The notes under the pieces: model-generated | Seen by the model: the letters and a program-made list of their open reading frames with translations, nothing else | Databases searched by the model: none | Told to the model about the DNA's origin: nothing | NCBI GenBank assembly: GCA_963786955.1 | Contig: CAWBAT010000003.1 | Span: 32,001 to 96,000, forward strand | Length of the DNA stretch: 64,000 nt | Direction of reading: 5' to 3' | DNA from: an uncultured Acidimicrobiia bacterium | GTDB lineage: Bacteria > Acidobacteriota > Terriglobia > Versatilivoradales > Versatilivoraceae | Shown here: one piece after another, positions 34,618-47,400 of the stretch | Layout of the letters: the number at the start of each line of letters is the position of its first letter | How positions within the stretch are numbered: position 1 is the first letter of the stretch | Program-made: the position numbers and the translations under genes

Positions 34618-35585
34618 TTAGCACACGTTGCCACTTGCTGATGGAACGCCTGAAGATTGGAGAAGTTTCTCAGATTCGGTTCGATAGAAACCGAAGCGGG
34701 CATTGTCGCCTACGAGCCAGAAAGCCAGCGCCTGCTGCAGCGTGCCTTCTGTCCAAACGGTGTCGCGGTCAGTATTCAGATCGAACCCTGTCACTTGTTT
34801 TTTCCCCGAGTAGCGCTGCGTAGCTTTGGTGTAGGACTCCACCCAGAAACTGCCGTTCGAATAGCCCGCCCCCAAAACTTGCGTCCCGAGCGCCTGGGCG
34901 TCGGTCACGATCGTTGGATCGACCTTGCCCGTCAAGAACCGCGTTCCATTCCAACATTCCCGAACCAGGAAATCTCGAATCAGCATGGCTCGACTCCCGT
35001 AGGCAGGCAAATTCTGAACCAGAGCGAGATTGGAGATGGCTGAGTAAGCAGCCAGGTTGTTTTCGGTGCTCTTCCAGGCAACACCAGGCCGGGCAAGAAC
35101 CCCGCGTCTGTGCTGTCCTGCAACGTGACCAGGAAGTCAGCAATCCCCCGCGCAATACTGTCGTAACGGTGGTCACCCGTTCGCCATGAGAAGAGATTCA
35201 TCGCCTGAAGCAGGTATGCATTGTGTCCTGTTGCCAGAATGCCGCCCGCACTGGCGCCTGTGGTTTGGTAGCGATGTAGAAACCCGCCACCTGGAGCCTG
35301 GCCAATCCCGACGAATCCATCCAAAACACGTTGTGCCGAGAGGCGGTCTCCAGCTGAAAGAAAGGCCATCGCGGCAAGCGCATTGTCATATGTGTAGGAA
35401 TAGTTAGTTCTATCTTCAACGAACGAATCCAGGAGGCCGGCGGTTCCCATGCGACTCCTTAGAAAATCTAGGGCCGCCTCGCCGGGAGTCGCCCCTTGCA
35501 ATCCCCGCGGAATTGACATCAAGCCAACCAAAACAATCACTGGACCCAGGGGGAGTTTGAGGAAGTAAGACCGACAGGTATTCAT
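34618..35585 (-). CDS. Secreted hypothetical protein, possibly six-hairpin glycosidase-like; frameshifted
   Basis: Signal peptide, then YTYDNALAAMA, TDAQAL and DTVWTEGT motifs across ORFs 34980 and 34618. Confidence 0.5.
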
Positions 35586-35841
35586 TGATGCACCATTTCT
35601 ATCAACATCAAGTTTGCAAGGATAGGATTCCGACCAGACCAAACCAGGGTTGTGAGGATCAAGTTACAATTAGGCTGCCTCAGTTTGAATTGCTTTGAGT
35701 AAAGAAGAGCAGTTTGAGGAACCCGTTTCGAATGAGAGAGTTAACTGCTCAACCATTTAACTGACCCAGTAGAGCCATTCACGGGTTAAGAGAAAAACTC
35801 TTCCACCTAGCAGAATGAACTAACCCTAAGGCGTCCTTGAT

Positions 35842-36100
35842 TCACCTTTCGCACGTGCCGCCCTGTCGCACTATCTCAACATGCGGAATTCCATCTTCAA
35901 TATGAGTGGGAGAGGTCGTTACAAATCCAAATTCGGAGTAAAACATTTCCAGATACTGTAGGGCGCCGATGCGAATCACAAGACCTGGGTAGAGTTTGTC
36001 CATTGCCTGGACAGCTCTCCGCTTCAATTCTTTCCCAAACTTTGCCCCCTGAGCTCAGGTAAGGCGATCACTCTTCCGATTGAAGGCTTGCGATACTACT
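35842..36100 (-). pseudogene. ElaA-like GNAT acetyltransferase, C-terminal fragment
   Basis: PSIGRVIALPELRG...IRIGALQYLEMFYSEFGF...EDGIPHVE. No N-terminal half or start codon is visible upstream. Confidence 0.6.
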
Positions 36101-36439
36101 GATAAGAAATTGGTTTTAAGGCGGCACGGCCACAAGCGTGTTCGGTCCGACTGAAACAGCGCTATAATGGGGGAGAGTTTGCCATAGGGTGGGTGACGAA
36201 GGCAAGGATGAAGGCAAACGTCCCCTGCGATCGGACCGGGTTTGCCCGCAGGGGACGTGATCGTGTCTGAATCTGGCGGCGAGAGACAAACCGGTGCCGT
36301 CGCTAGGGCTCAACCGTTCGTGTACATGAGCGGTTCGCTGTCGTAGTCGGGAAACGGGTCATCCCTGCATTGTTCGATGACACAGTCGGGCCGAATTCAT
36401 TCTTATTCTGCTGCGGTGGGGAAATTCGAGTGTTGCCAC

Positions 36440-38266
36440 CTAGAGAGGCTCTACAGGGAGGGCGGGGTTGGTGCCCGCATATCTTTGGGTTAGCACACGT
36501 CGCCATTTGTTGATGGAATCCACCAAGACAATGATCAGGCAAACCATCATGACAGCAGTCAGAAATACGTTTAGGATCCCTTGAAAACCCTCTCCCGGAA
36601 TTGGGCTCCGGGCAAGGGGTAGAAAGTTATCCACGATGCTGAGATAGCCAGCAGTCAACGTCGTGCTGGACACAAAACATAAGGGGAGGAGGGTCACCAG
36701 CGCGAATTTCGCTCTTCCCATGTTGATGATGAAAGTGGTTCCGACGCACAGTGCAATGGCTGCCAATAGCTGATTCGAAATTCCAAACATGGGCCAAATC
36801 GTGCTGATGCTGCCTGTAAAGATGAAGAAGGACCAACCGCTGACGACAAGCACACTGGAAAGAATCGTGCCTGGCATCCAGTCGGTCCTCCCCATCGGTT
36901 TGTAAAATCGGCCAATAAATTCCTGAACCAGAAAGCGGGCGACCCGCGTGCCCGCATCGATCGTCGTCAAAATGAATAAGGCTTCAAACATGATGGCAAA
37001 GTGATACCAATAGGACATGAGCCCTTTCATGCCGGGGATCGCTGTGAAGATTTGAGCCATCCCCACTGCCAAAGAGACCGCTCCTCCCGGCCTTCCGGTC
37101 ACTACTTCACCTACCTCGCGTTCCAGTTCCGGAAGATTCACGACACTGAGTCCGAGATGAGAAAATTTCTCGGGGGAGACGTTGATCGCGAAATAGTCTC
37201 CAGGGAATAGCGCTGCGGCAGCGATGAGGGCAGTCACCCCGACCACGCCCTCCATTAGCATTGCCCCGTAGCCGATCGGTCGAATGTGAGATTCCAAAGA
37301 GATCATCTTAGGAGTCGTCCCAGAACCCACCAGAGAATGAAAACCCGAAATCGCTCCACAAGCGATCGTGATGAACACGAAAGGAAACATCTTTCCCGGG
37401 ATGATGGGTCCACCCCCGTCTACAAATTGACTGAAAGCAGGCATTTTCAATTGGGGATGGACAATGAACACTCCCAGGATCAGGAAAGCGATCGTCCCAA
37501 TCTTCATGAAAGATGAGAGATAATCCCGCGGACAAAGCAGCATCCAGACAGGCAAAACCGAGGCAGCCAGGCCATAGATAGCCAAACAGAGCGTGATTTG
37601 GTCCTTAGATAGGGTGAAGAAGCTTCCGAGAGGTGATCCCGGGATCAGTTTGCCACCTATTACGGCGAGGCTTAGTGCTACAACTCCGATGATAGTGGCC
37701 TCCCGAGTCTTGCCGACTCGAAAGCGAAACATGTAGAACCCCATAAATATGGCGATGGGGATGGTTGTGGCAATCGTAAAAGTTCCCCAGGCGCTCTCCT
37801 TAAGTGCATTAACGACAGCCAAACCTAAACCAGCCAATGCAATGACGACAATAAAAAGGATCGCCAACGCCGTGGTAAATCCTGCTAACGGTGAGATTTG
37901 GTTCCGTGCAATTTCAGCCAGCGATTTCCCATCACTGCGAACGGATGCAAACAGAATGACGAAATCGTGCACGGCCCCTGCGAGAACCACTCCAATGACC
38001 AACCAGAGTAATCCTGGCAAGAAACCAAACTGGGTAGCCAGAACCGGTCCAATTAAGGGGCCCGCCCCTGTAATTGCGGCAAAATGGTGACCAAAGAGGA
38101 CCCATTTACTGGTTGGATAATAGTTTTGTCCGTCATACAAACGGTAAGCAGGAGTTTGTCTTGTATCGTCTAAGACCAGTACCTTGGTGGCGATGAAGGC
38201 ACTGTAGTAGCGATAGGCGATCGCGACAACGCAAAGCATTCCGAGCATTAGAGGCAGGGCATTCAT
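36440..38266 (-). CDS. cstA: Carbon starvation protein A (peptide/pyruvate transporter)
   Basis: [50 protein letters not shown] and [12 protein letters not shown] motifs. Confidence 0.95.
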   Translation of the reverse strand: MNALPLMLGMLCVVAIAYRYYSAFIATKVLVLDDTRQTPAYRLYDGQNYYPTSKWVLFGHHFAAITGAGPLIGPVLATQFGFLPGLLWLVIGVVLAGAVHDFVILFASVRSDGKSLAEIARNQISPLAGFTTALAILFIVVIALAGLGLAVVNALKESAWGTFTIATTIPIAIFMGFYMFRFRVGKTREATIIGVVALSLAVIGGKLIPGSPLGSFFTLSKDQITLCLAIYGLAASVLPVWMLLCPRDYLSSFMKIGTIAFLILGVFIVHPQLKMPAFSQFVDGGGPIIPGKMFPFVFITIACGAISGFHSLVGSGTTPKMISLESHIRPIGYGAMLMEGVVGVTALIAAAALFPGDYFAINVSPEKFSHLGLSVVNLPELEREVGEVVTGRPGGAVSLAVGMAQIFTAIPGMKGLMSYWYHFAIMFEALFILTTIDAGTRVARFLVQEFIGRFYKPMGRTDWMPGTILSSVLVVSGWSFFIFTGSISTIWPMFGISNQLLAAIALCVGTTFIINMGRAKFALVTLLPLCFVSSTTLTAGYLSIVDNFLPLARSPIPGEGFQGILNVFLTAVMMVCLIIVLVDSINKWRRVLTQRYAGTNPALPVEPL

Positions 38267-38288
38267 GTGATTACTCCGTATGGCTCGA

Positions 38289-39086
<798 letters not shown>

Positions 39087-39273
39087 CGTCGATACAGAAA
39101 TTCTTTTATTGGCCTACAAGGATATCCTGTTAGAAATGTCGATCTCAAGACAGGAGATCATTTTAGCACAGTCCAAGATATGGATTGCGAACGTCGATCA
39201 ATCCGGTTAATATTTTGCGCTTCAGATGGGAGTCAGATTCTCATCTGTCTAGCAGTCAGGAGCCAAAGATTTT

Positions 39274-40119
39274 ATGTCCATTCGCCATATCACGGTTGCC
39301 CATAGCCCCGATTCTGACGACGCATTCATGTTCTATGCTCTGGCAACCAATAAAATTAAAACCGGGGATTTGAAATTTCGACACGTGCTCAGCGACATCG
39401 AGACCCTTAACCGAAAGGCCATGGAAGGTGAGTACGATGTCACGGCCATTTCATTCCATGCCTATTCCTATTTGGCAGACAAATATGCTTTCTTAAGAAC
39501 AGGAGCCAGCATGGGCGATCGATATGGCCCCATCATCGTGGCAGAAATGCCCATCAAGCCTCAAGACCTGAAAGGCAAGATTATCGCTGTCCCCGGATCA
39601 CTGACAACGGCGTTTCTGGTGCTTAAACTATTCGAGCCGGATTTCACGCCCTTAGTAGTTCCATTCGACAAGGTTTTTGAGAGTGTCTTAAAACAAAAAG
39701 CCGATGCGGGGCTCGTCATTCATGAGGGGCAATTGACATTTGCAGATTCGGGTTTGCACAAGGTTGTTGACCTCGGCGAATGGTGGCAGAAAGAGACTCA
39801 GTTGCCGTTGCCGTTGGGAGGAAATGTCGTCAAGAAGGATCTCGGACCTCAGCTCATTTCCGAGATTGGACGCTACCTTCGACAAAGCATTGAATACGCC
39901 CTGGATCACCGTGAAGAAGCGTTGAATTATGCCCTGCAATTTGCGCGAGATATGGAAACTCATTTGGTCGACAAATTTGTCGGGATGTACGTGAACGAGC
40001 GCACGCTCGACTACGGTGAAGCGGAATGCCGGGCAGTCCAGTTACTGCTCGACATGGGGTATGAAAAAAGAGTGATCGACCACCCCGTTAAATTTGAATT
40101 TGCGGAAGACCCCCTCTAG
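39274..40119 (+). CDS. mqnD: MqnA/MqnD-family menaquinone (futalosine pathway) protein, MqnD-like
   Basis: AHSPDSDDAFMFYAL, DIETLN, IHEGQLT, LPLPLG and GMYVN motifs. Confidence 0.85.
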   Translation: MSIRHITVAHSPDSDDAFMFYALATNKIKTGDLKFRHVLSDIETLNRKAMEGEYDVTAISFHAYSYLADKYAFLRTGASMGDRYGPIIVAEMPIKPQDLKGKIIAVPGSLTTAFLVLKLFEPDFTPLVVPFDKVFESVLKQKADAGLVIHEGQLTFADSGLHKVVDLGEWWQKETQLPLPLGGNVVKKDLGPQLISEIGRYLRQSIEYALDHREEALNYALQFARDMETHLVDKFVGMYVNERTLDYGEAECRAVQLLLDMGYEKRVIDHPVKFEFAEDPL

Positions 40120-40376
40120 TAGATTTCAGCGCGCAACGCAGCACAGCCACCCTTTTACTCCGGGCCAAGACCATCTATGGGACTCCCATCGTTTGCCGGT
40201 AACCAACCTAACTTTCAGTCTCGACTTGGAGTGTCTTGTCTGAGCTTCGCCAGCAAAAGTCAGAACTAAAAGAATCGCAATGCTCAGAAGGAGTTTATTT
40301 TCTCTCATGGCCATTCGTTACTTATTATAAAATCGAGTGGAAAGGTAGAAGGAGAAGGAGTGGAGGCGTATGCACG

Positions 40377-41173
40377 ATGTTCGGACTGATGAATAAGATT
40401 GTGATTATTACTGGCGGAGGCGCAGGCGTAGGCAGAGCCACCGCGCTTGCCTTTGCCGAAATCGGCGCCCGGGTTGTGGTGGCTGATGTCAATCGGGATC
40501 CTGCTCAAGAAGTGATCGAACAAATTAAGTCCAGAGGGCAAGAGGCCGTATTTGTCGAGGCAGATATTTCTGTCTCCAGTGAGGCCCAAAGCGTTGTTTC
40601 CTCATCGATCGAGACCTTTGGAGGGGTTGATATCCTTTTCAATAACGCGGGAATCCAGCCAGCCGCGAGTTACGCGAACGCGGAAGATCATTCCGAAGAA
40701 TTATGGGACCGGATCATGGCCGTCAACGTTAAAGGTGCTTTCTTGATGGCGAAGCACGCTATTCCTGAGATGAAGAAAAGAAAGGCCGGGGTTATCATTA
40801 ACAATGCGAGTGTCCAGGGACTGCACTCTCAGAAATTTGTTCCTGCTTATGCGGCGAGTAAGGGAGCCTTGTTATCTTTGACCCGAAATCTTGCCCTGGA
40901 TTATGCGGAACACAATATCCGAGTCTTGGCTATCTGCCCCGGCTCGGTGAACACACCACTGTTACAGGAGGCGGCAGAAACGATTCTCTCCCTCAAGACC
41001 CAGCCGGCGCTATCGTCTCATGGGGGAGGAAGCATCCCTTGGGTCGCGTTGCCAGCCCGGAAGAAGTAGCACAGGTTGTCGTCTTTCTCTCCGGAGAAGG
41101 GGCTTCATTTATGACGGGAGAACACATCTGTGTTGACGGTGGACTCACAGCAAAGGGATCCTGGAATGACTAG
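40377..41173 (+). CDS. SDR-family oxidoreductase; 3' frameshift
   Basis: [12 protein letters not shown] and YAASK motifs. The tail [11 protein letters not shown]...[13 protein letters not shown] is in another frame. Confidence 0.9.
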
Positions 41174-41342
41174 TGCTCAGTTGCATAAATTCGAGGTAAT
41201 TGCTCTAGCCGGGGACGTTGACCCCGGCCGGCCAGCCGGGCCAGCACCAACACGGACTTCTGCAACTAAATGCTAGACTGAAAGCCGATGGCTATTTTCA
41301 AGAATTGAATTCTATCATTTAAAACAAAGGAGGAAATTTCAA

Positions 41343-41723
41343 ATGGTTCGACAGAGCGATTGTTTTATTCTTAGGCGGCGTTTTTTCTTGTTTCTGTTGG
41401 AGGGATGAGTTCCGCGGAAAAGACGGCCACAGTTAAAGGCTATGTCCTCGACTCTGCCTGCGCTTTTACTAAGAAGTCTGGAAAAGCCAATTAGCTCGGA
41501 ATGTGCTGTGTCATGCGCAAAGGCGGGATCCCCCTTAGTCATTCTGGCTGAGGATGGGAGGATCTATTTGCCTATCGCTAAGGAGATGCCTGCCAAAGGG
41601 CAGAATGGAACACTCATGAAGTGGGCGGGTCAAAAAGTCGTGGTTACAGGTTCGGTCTATCAAAGAAGCGGGTCCCACGCCATCGTCATTGAAAAGATTG
41701 AAGCGGACAGCGCGGGAAAATAG
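41343..41723 (+). CDS. Small secreted Cys-containing hypothetical protein; frameshifted
   Basis: Strong RBS aggagg, hydrophobic leader, then TVKGYVLDSAC...ECAVSCAKAGSPL...AGQKVVVTG. Confidence 0.65.
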
Positions 41724-42171
41724 TGCTGAACTGAACGACTAAAACAATTCACTCTATTCCCAGAAAGATTCTCTGGGATGCGGGGAATCGTGGCGGCGTT
41801 CACACCGCCCCCTTTCTCGTGCACCGAAGGGCGCGTTGTCTTTGCCCTTATTGAGTTGTTTCTCAGTCATCTTCGGACCCAAGGCGTCTGCGCTTAGTGT
41901 TGAATTCACTACACTAACCCGAAGACCTGACTCTCATCCCAATGTGCAAGATGGCCCGCCCCCTCAAACTCTGCCATTCTGGCATCTAGCTCCCAACCTA
42001 CCGATTGAAAGGAAAGGCATCCGCCCACGACAGATAATCATAGGGGACGACCATGCTGAAATTATACCGATGGTGGAACCTCCCTAAATTTGCCCTTGCC
42101 GTAGCATTGTTATCCTTTGTACGTTGCCTGGCTCGAATCATTCACAGTAACGGACAACAAGCCCTTGCTCC

Positions 42172-45103
42172 ATGAGTCAGAACTTGACCGGGTACTCAAT
42201 CCACAAGCATTGAAATCCATCCACTTCTCCCGAAAGTACTGAACAACTGCGAATCCGTTTCGCCAACCCGCCCATGGATTATCGCTCCATGCCACTATGG
42301 GTATGGAATGATGAACTCGATTGGGCTCATCTTAAGCAACAATTATCCCAGTTTAAAGAACAAGGAATGGGAGGGGTTTTATTCATCCTCGTCCTGGGTT
42401 AATGACGGAATATTTGGGAGACGAAAGGTTCCGGCTTTGGAAGCTGTCGGCTGAGGAGGGGGAAAGACTCGGTATTAGTGTAGAAAGAAGCCCGGACGGT
42501 ACGGTTCGAGAAATTCACCGGGTTTACAAGGCGGACGATGGGAAATCTGGAAAACCACTACTCCGTTTCCGGCTCTTCCGATCTGCAGGAAATCCTTGGA
42601 CGGCTGATTTCCCCTATACGGATTTGATCAATCCTGAAACCACCCGCCTCTTTATTGAAACCACCTATGAGGCTTATCGAAAGCAAGTCGGTGAATTTTT
42701 TGGAAACACTGTCAAATGGGCATTTGATGATGAGCCATTACTTGCCGGTGGTATTTATGACTTCGCCTCTTTATCGCTTCCATTGAGCCGCTATATCTTG
42801 TCTGAGTTCCAAAAGCGATGCCAATATGATCTCGCAGACCATCTTCCCTCCCTTTTCTGGGATGTCGGAAATTACCGGAAGGTTCGATTTGATTACTACC
42901 AGACCACTCACGATTTATGGAAAGAAAATTATCTTTCGTACCTCTTTTTTTATGGTGTGATCGCAATAACCTATTGTTCACCGGGCACGGGTTGGAACAT
43001 GAATGGCCCGAATCCATGGCTCAGTCCTGCGGACGGGTCATTCTACGCTTATGAGCATGCTCCAGGGATTGACCTATTGCGAGGGGCTGAACTTCGGGAA
43101 AATGGCTCGGATCCGTGGAGGCTTTTTCATATCAAACAGGCAGCCAGCGTTTCCCATCAACTGGGCCGAAGGACTTTGTGTGAAGCATACGGGGTAGCCG
43201 GATGGGATAGTACTTTCGAACACTATAAACGCGTTGGCGACTGGTTGATGGTGCACGGAATCGATTTCATGGATCAGCATCTTTCTCTGTCAACTATCCG
43301 TGGGGCCAGGAAGCGAGACCATCCGCAAAGCTTTTCAGATATATCTGCCTGGTGGCCGTACTACAAATTGCACGGTGATTACCTGGGGCGTGTTTCCTAT
43401 ATGCTGAGCCGGGGAAGTCCAGCCAATCGGCTCCTTGTGTTAAAGCCGACCACCAGTGGTTTTATTTCCACTTACCGCTATGGGTTAACCCCAGAGCTGC
43501 AGAATCTGCGAAGCACATACAGTGAACTCATGCAGGCTCTGGCTGACCATCAAATCGACTTCGACCTGGGTGATGAGTATCTCCTGGAGTGGTTTGGGAA
43601 AGTTGAAGGCAAGAGACTTAGCCATTGCAAAAACCTCTTATGATTTGCTGGTATGGCCCGTCGGGATGGTCAATGTGCGACATGAGACGGTGCCGATCTT
43701 GACAAAATACCTTGAAGCCGGGGGTGAAGTATTGGCGCTTTCCCCGCCAGCTGACTATGTTGATGGCGAACCTTCAGAAGACGTTAAAAAACTTGCCCAG
43801 CGGTATTCTTCTCAGTGGCATTTTATGGACTCCCTGCCGAATTTGCTTTCGGGGATCCGGAGTCGTCTGGAACCCGGATTGTTTCAGACAGCGAATTGCC
43901 CAATGTGGGACTCTCTGAGCGATTTCTGGAGAATGGGGATCGAATCCTATTTATTGCCAATATTGGATTAGAAAAAGTGACTGCTCAATGTCGCTGTGCG
44001 CGGTGGGAGCCTTGAGAGGTGGGATCTTGTCACAGGAGCAACAGAGCCTGCCCCGTATAAGCGGGTTGACGGTGGGCGACTTCAGTTTCCGTTAAGTCTC
44101 CCGCCTGCTGGGTCTGAAATGTATCTGATCAAACAGGAAACCCTGATTTCCTCCTCCTTCTCCCAAACCATTTATATTTTCTGCTCTCAACCAGGCCATT
44201 GGAAAATTCACCCGATGGTTCTAATGTTCTGGTTCTCGACTACTGTGGGGTGAAAGTGGCCGGAGCCGATTTCCCCGATATCAACACCTGGGAAGCCAAC
44301 TGGATAATCTGGCAAAAACACGGCTTTGACAGGCCGTTTTGGGATAATGCGGTACAGTTTAAGACACGTGTTTACGACCGCAATCACTACCCTCCGGATT
44401 CGGGTTTTGATGCGACCTTTCGCTTTTATGTGGATGATGGGGGAGTCTTGCCAGACTTGGAATTGGCTATCGAGGTTCCAGAGCTCTACCAGATCAGCCT
44501 CAACGGACAGTTGCTTTCTTTCAAGGGAAGCGCCCAATGGCTCGATCCGAGACTCAGAAGTCTCTCCGTCACGAAATGGGCGAAGGTAGGGGAAAACGTG
44601 GTGAGAATCCTAGGTCAGCCTTTTGACGTTCGAATGGAATTGGAAAATATTTATTTAAAAGGTAATTTCGATGTTGTGAGCGCTGAAAAAGGATTTCGGC
44701 TGATCTCAACGCAGCCTTTTGATTTGGGCTCATGGGCAAAACAAGGTTGGCCTTTTTTCTCGGGAAGTGTCTACTATCAGACGGAATTGACTGTTCCTCA
44801 GAAAGATGACTCGGCTTCGTGTTCAACTGGGGGACTGGGCCGGGAGTGTTGTCGCTGTTGATTTAGATAATAAAGGAGGTTTCGGTGCTCGGATGGCAGC
44901 CTTATGAAATTGAAGTCCCGGTGACTCCTGGAAAGCATACGGTAGGCATTCGCGTCATTGCAAATCCCCGAAACTTGTTTGGTCCCTTTCATAACCCCAA
45001 CAAACCACGGATGGAGGCCTGGCCCAAGTTCTGGGCGGAGTTTCCGGAACATCAGCCGCCTGGTGCAAGCTACGATGTTCTAAACTACGGTTTGATGCAA
45101 TAG
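42172..45103 (+). CDS. Large glycoside hydrolase, GH106-like / GH2-sugar-binding type; multiple frameshifts, start uncertain
   Basis: PPMDYRSMPLWVWN, FIHPRPGLMTEY, FDDEP, LCEAYGVAGW, GARKRDHP, LGSWAKQGWPFFSG and RNLFGPFH motifs across ORFs 42402-44885. Confidence 0.7.
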
Positions 45104-45231
45104 CCGGTCATCAGTATTGGTTTGCAAACCAAGAAATAAGGGGACACGCCGCTGGGACGGATTAGGATCTAGGTCAACATACAGGCCGATCTGCTCCCTC
45201 TCCGGCATTTAGGCTAGGACGATTGGGAAAG

Positions 45232-46593
45232 CTAATTCCGTGCTCGGTCTCGGTTGAACGCGAGAGAAGTGTTGTCGGCAGATTTCCAATAATCGGGAAG
45301 GTTTTGTTTTGTGTCCAGAAGAATTTGGTAGATCGCTTCTCGATCTGACGGGCTGAGTGACGCGAAGTCTTTGGATTTCTCTTGTCCTGTTAAGATTTCC
45401 CATAGCCTACGATAGGCGCGTTCTTGCGCGAGTTTGGGCAACGAATCAAAAGCCTGCGAATAGATCAAGAAGCTACAAGGATAGCGGAATATTCGTGTTT
45501 TCAGATCGAAATCTCGCAGCGAGCGACCCTTTTGGTCCCGGGGACCTTTCTTTACAAATTCCTCCTCAAATCCTGACGTTCCTTTCACCGGTTCCACGAG
45601 TTTCGCTTCTTCACTGAAAAGCATATATTTCAACATGGATTCGACTGTGCTGTTGATCCGGCGCCGAGTAGCATCGGACAACTGCTCCAGAGGGAGGCCC
45701 AGTGCGCGGTTCATGGCCTCCTGCTGATTGATGGCCATCCGGGTTTCCCAATTCGCCCGCGTCAAAAGATTATGCATGCGGACCTGATGCTCAAGGACCA
45801 TGAGGGCCACGATATCGCTATGGGGGCGAACGTAGGGGGCTAAATCTACCAACCTCCAGAGGTTGGTCACATTTGCCCCTAGGTCAAGATCGAGGTTATC
45901 CGGATGGTCCTTGTCTGTCACAGTGTTATTGCCCATGTGCCGCTGTGAACCATGGGTTCCTGTGACATACCATCCGCCCCATCTTTCCTTGAATGGGCTG
46001 GTATCGTCAGTCCGAAATGATCCCGCCTGCAGTTGGGGTATACCCTGTTTATCCGGATACACCGAACGGACAATATGCCCCGGTACGCCAAGCGTATTCG
46101 GCGATGCGTGACACTGGATGCACTCTTCCCTACGGACAAACTTCGGAGTTACCGATTTTCTTTGGTCGAGCGTGTAGAACATGGCTCCTTTTTCGGGATC
46201 CACAGAGGATGCTTCCACCACATCTCCTCCTTGAACCCAACCAATATAGACATCGTCATTGAAGTAGAGCGCTCGAGGGGCATCAGGGGAAATCAGGTGT
46301 TGCTGAAAACTTGTCTTCGAGAACACCAGAACTTGTGAGGACAGTGGAATCTGCAACTCCCTGAGCACAGACAGGAGGTAACCTTGGGGCTGAACATATT
46401 CGAGTTTTACCTCTCCTTTGTTGATTTGCTCCTGTAGCTTGGCAATAGGATCGTCCTTTGGCGTAGCAGAGTATTGAATAATGTCGTCGTCCAGAGGCAA
46501 TACAAACGAGGATTGGGCCATGAGAAGTAGCGAAAATAGAATTGCCGGGATGGATAACAATATCAAGCGAATGATCCAATTTTTCCTTCGCAT
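45232..46593 (-). CDS. Secreted hypothetical protein with a single CxxCH heme-binding motif
   Basis: Signal peptide, VFSKTSFQ, PRALYFNDD, CIQCH, RWGGWYVTG and SDIVALMVLEHQ motifs. Confidence 0.7.
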   Translation of the reverse strand: MRRKNWIIRLILLSIPAILFSLLLMAQSSFVLPLDDDIIQYSATPKDDPIAKLQEQINKGEVKLEYVQPQGYLLSVLRELQIPLSSQVLVFSKTSFQQHLISPDAPRALYFNDDVYIGWVQGGDVVEASSVDPEKGAMFYTLDQRKSVTPKFVRREECIQCHASPNTLGVPGHIVRSVYPDKQGIPQLQAGSFRTDDTSPFKERWGGWYVTGTHGSQRHMGNNTVTDKDHPDNLDLDLGANVTNLWRLVDLAPYVRPHSDIVALMVLEHQVRMHNLLTRANWETRMAINQQEAMNRALGLPLEQLSDATRRRINSTVESMLKYMLFSEEAKLVEPVKGTSGFEEEFVKKGPRDQKGRSLRDFDLKTRIFRYPCSFLIYSQAFDSLPKLAQERAYRRLWEILTGQEKSKDFASLSPSDREAIYQILLDTKQNLPDYWKSADNTSLAFNRDRARN

Positions 46594-46601
46594 GTTTCGA
46601 G

Positions 46602-47039
46602 TCAGATTCCTTTCGTAGAGATTGAGACGCACAAGGAGGGCTGCGAGTAGGGGGTTAACAAATCGGCCAAGGTTGCGTTTGCAAAAGATTCTTCAAAAAT
46701 CTCCATGGCGTGATCCAACCGCTTGTGCAGTGGGCACAAACTTTGGCTATGTTGTTTCAAGCCCAGAGGACAAGTCCGAATTCTCTGGATGGGTTCCACG
46801 ACATTGATGATTTCCAGCACTGACGTGGAGGATGGAGATTTGGCTAACTCAAAACCTCCATGTTTTCCCCGCAATGCGCGAACCAGTCCAGCCTTCCCTA
46901 GAGACTGCAGCACCTTCGAGAGGTAATTCAAGGGGACACAAGTAGCAGTGGCAATTTGCTGGGTAGTTTGAGGCAACCCCTGATTCTCCGCTAACCAAAC
47001 TGTTGCACGTAAAGCGTATTCTGTCGTGAGTGAAAACAT
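46602..47039 (-). CDS. Rrf2-family transcriptional regulator
   Basis: EYALRA, YLSKVLQSL, RGKHGGFEL and CPLGL..H...LCPLH motifs. Confidence 0.92.
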   Translation of the reverse strand: MFSLTTEYALRATVWLAENQGLPQTTQQIATATCVPLNYLSKVLQSLGKAGLVRALRGKHGGFELAKSPSSTSVLEIINVVEPIQRIRTCPLGLKQHSQSLCPLHKRLDHAMEIFEESFANATLADLLTPYSQPSLCVSISTKGI

Positions 47040-47050
47040 CAGATTACCTT

Positions 47051-47080
47051 AAGTGGATATCTGGACAAACATGTCCACTT
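47051..47080. promoter_or_regulatory. Inverted repeat, probable autoregulatory Rrf2 operator
   Basis: AAGTGGATAT-N10-ATGTCCACTT (one mismatch), 11 nt upstream of the rrf2 start codon. Confidence 0.55.
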
Positions 47081-47400
47081 TAAAGGAATCTTGCCCTCTT
47101 TGTCGATTTTTTTTGGCTCCCCCCTTTTGCATTCTTAATGATCTCGACAAATTCACCCTGTTCCCAAGCAGGCGATTTAGCGGGCAGGACGTTGTCGGAC
47201 GTCGGAATCTTGATTAATGCGGTAGACCTGGCGGCAAGCTTCGCATCGACTGGAGCGCTACTAATGGAAGCTTAAAGGAGCAGGCTCAAACCCAGATCGA
47301 TGCTGAAGTAAAGCCCCGCGCTGCTAGCGCTTCTGCCTGATATGAATCGCATCTTACGATGACCTCTGGGAGCGCCACTTTTTTTAGTGCTAGCAAGGGA

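Noticed and set aside
36169-36441. tmRNA (starts GGGGG, ends near CCACC)
   Set aside because: Too short, with no proper T-loop or acceptor-stem pairing and no tag reading frame. The terminal hairpin is more likely the cstA terminator.
39087-39273. Fluoride riboswitch upstream of crcB
   Set aside because: Only a weak 3' resemblance (gctaaaatgatctcctg on the minus strand) and no matching 5' GATGG..CGCC element. An Rfam scan would be needed.
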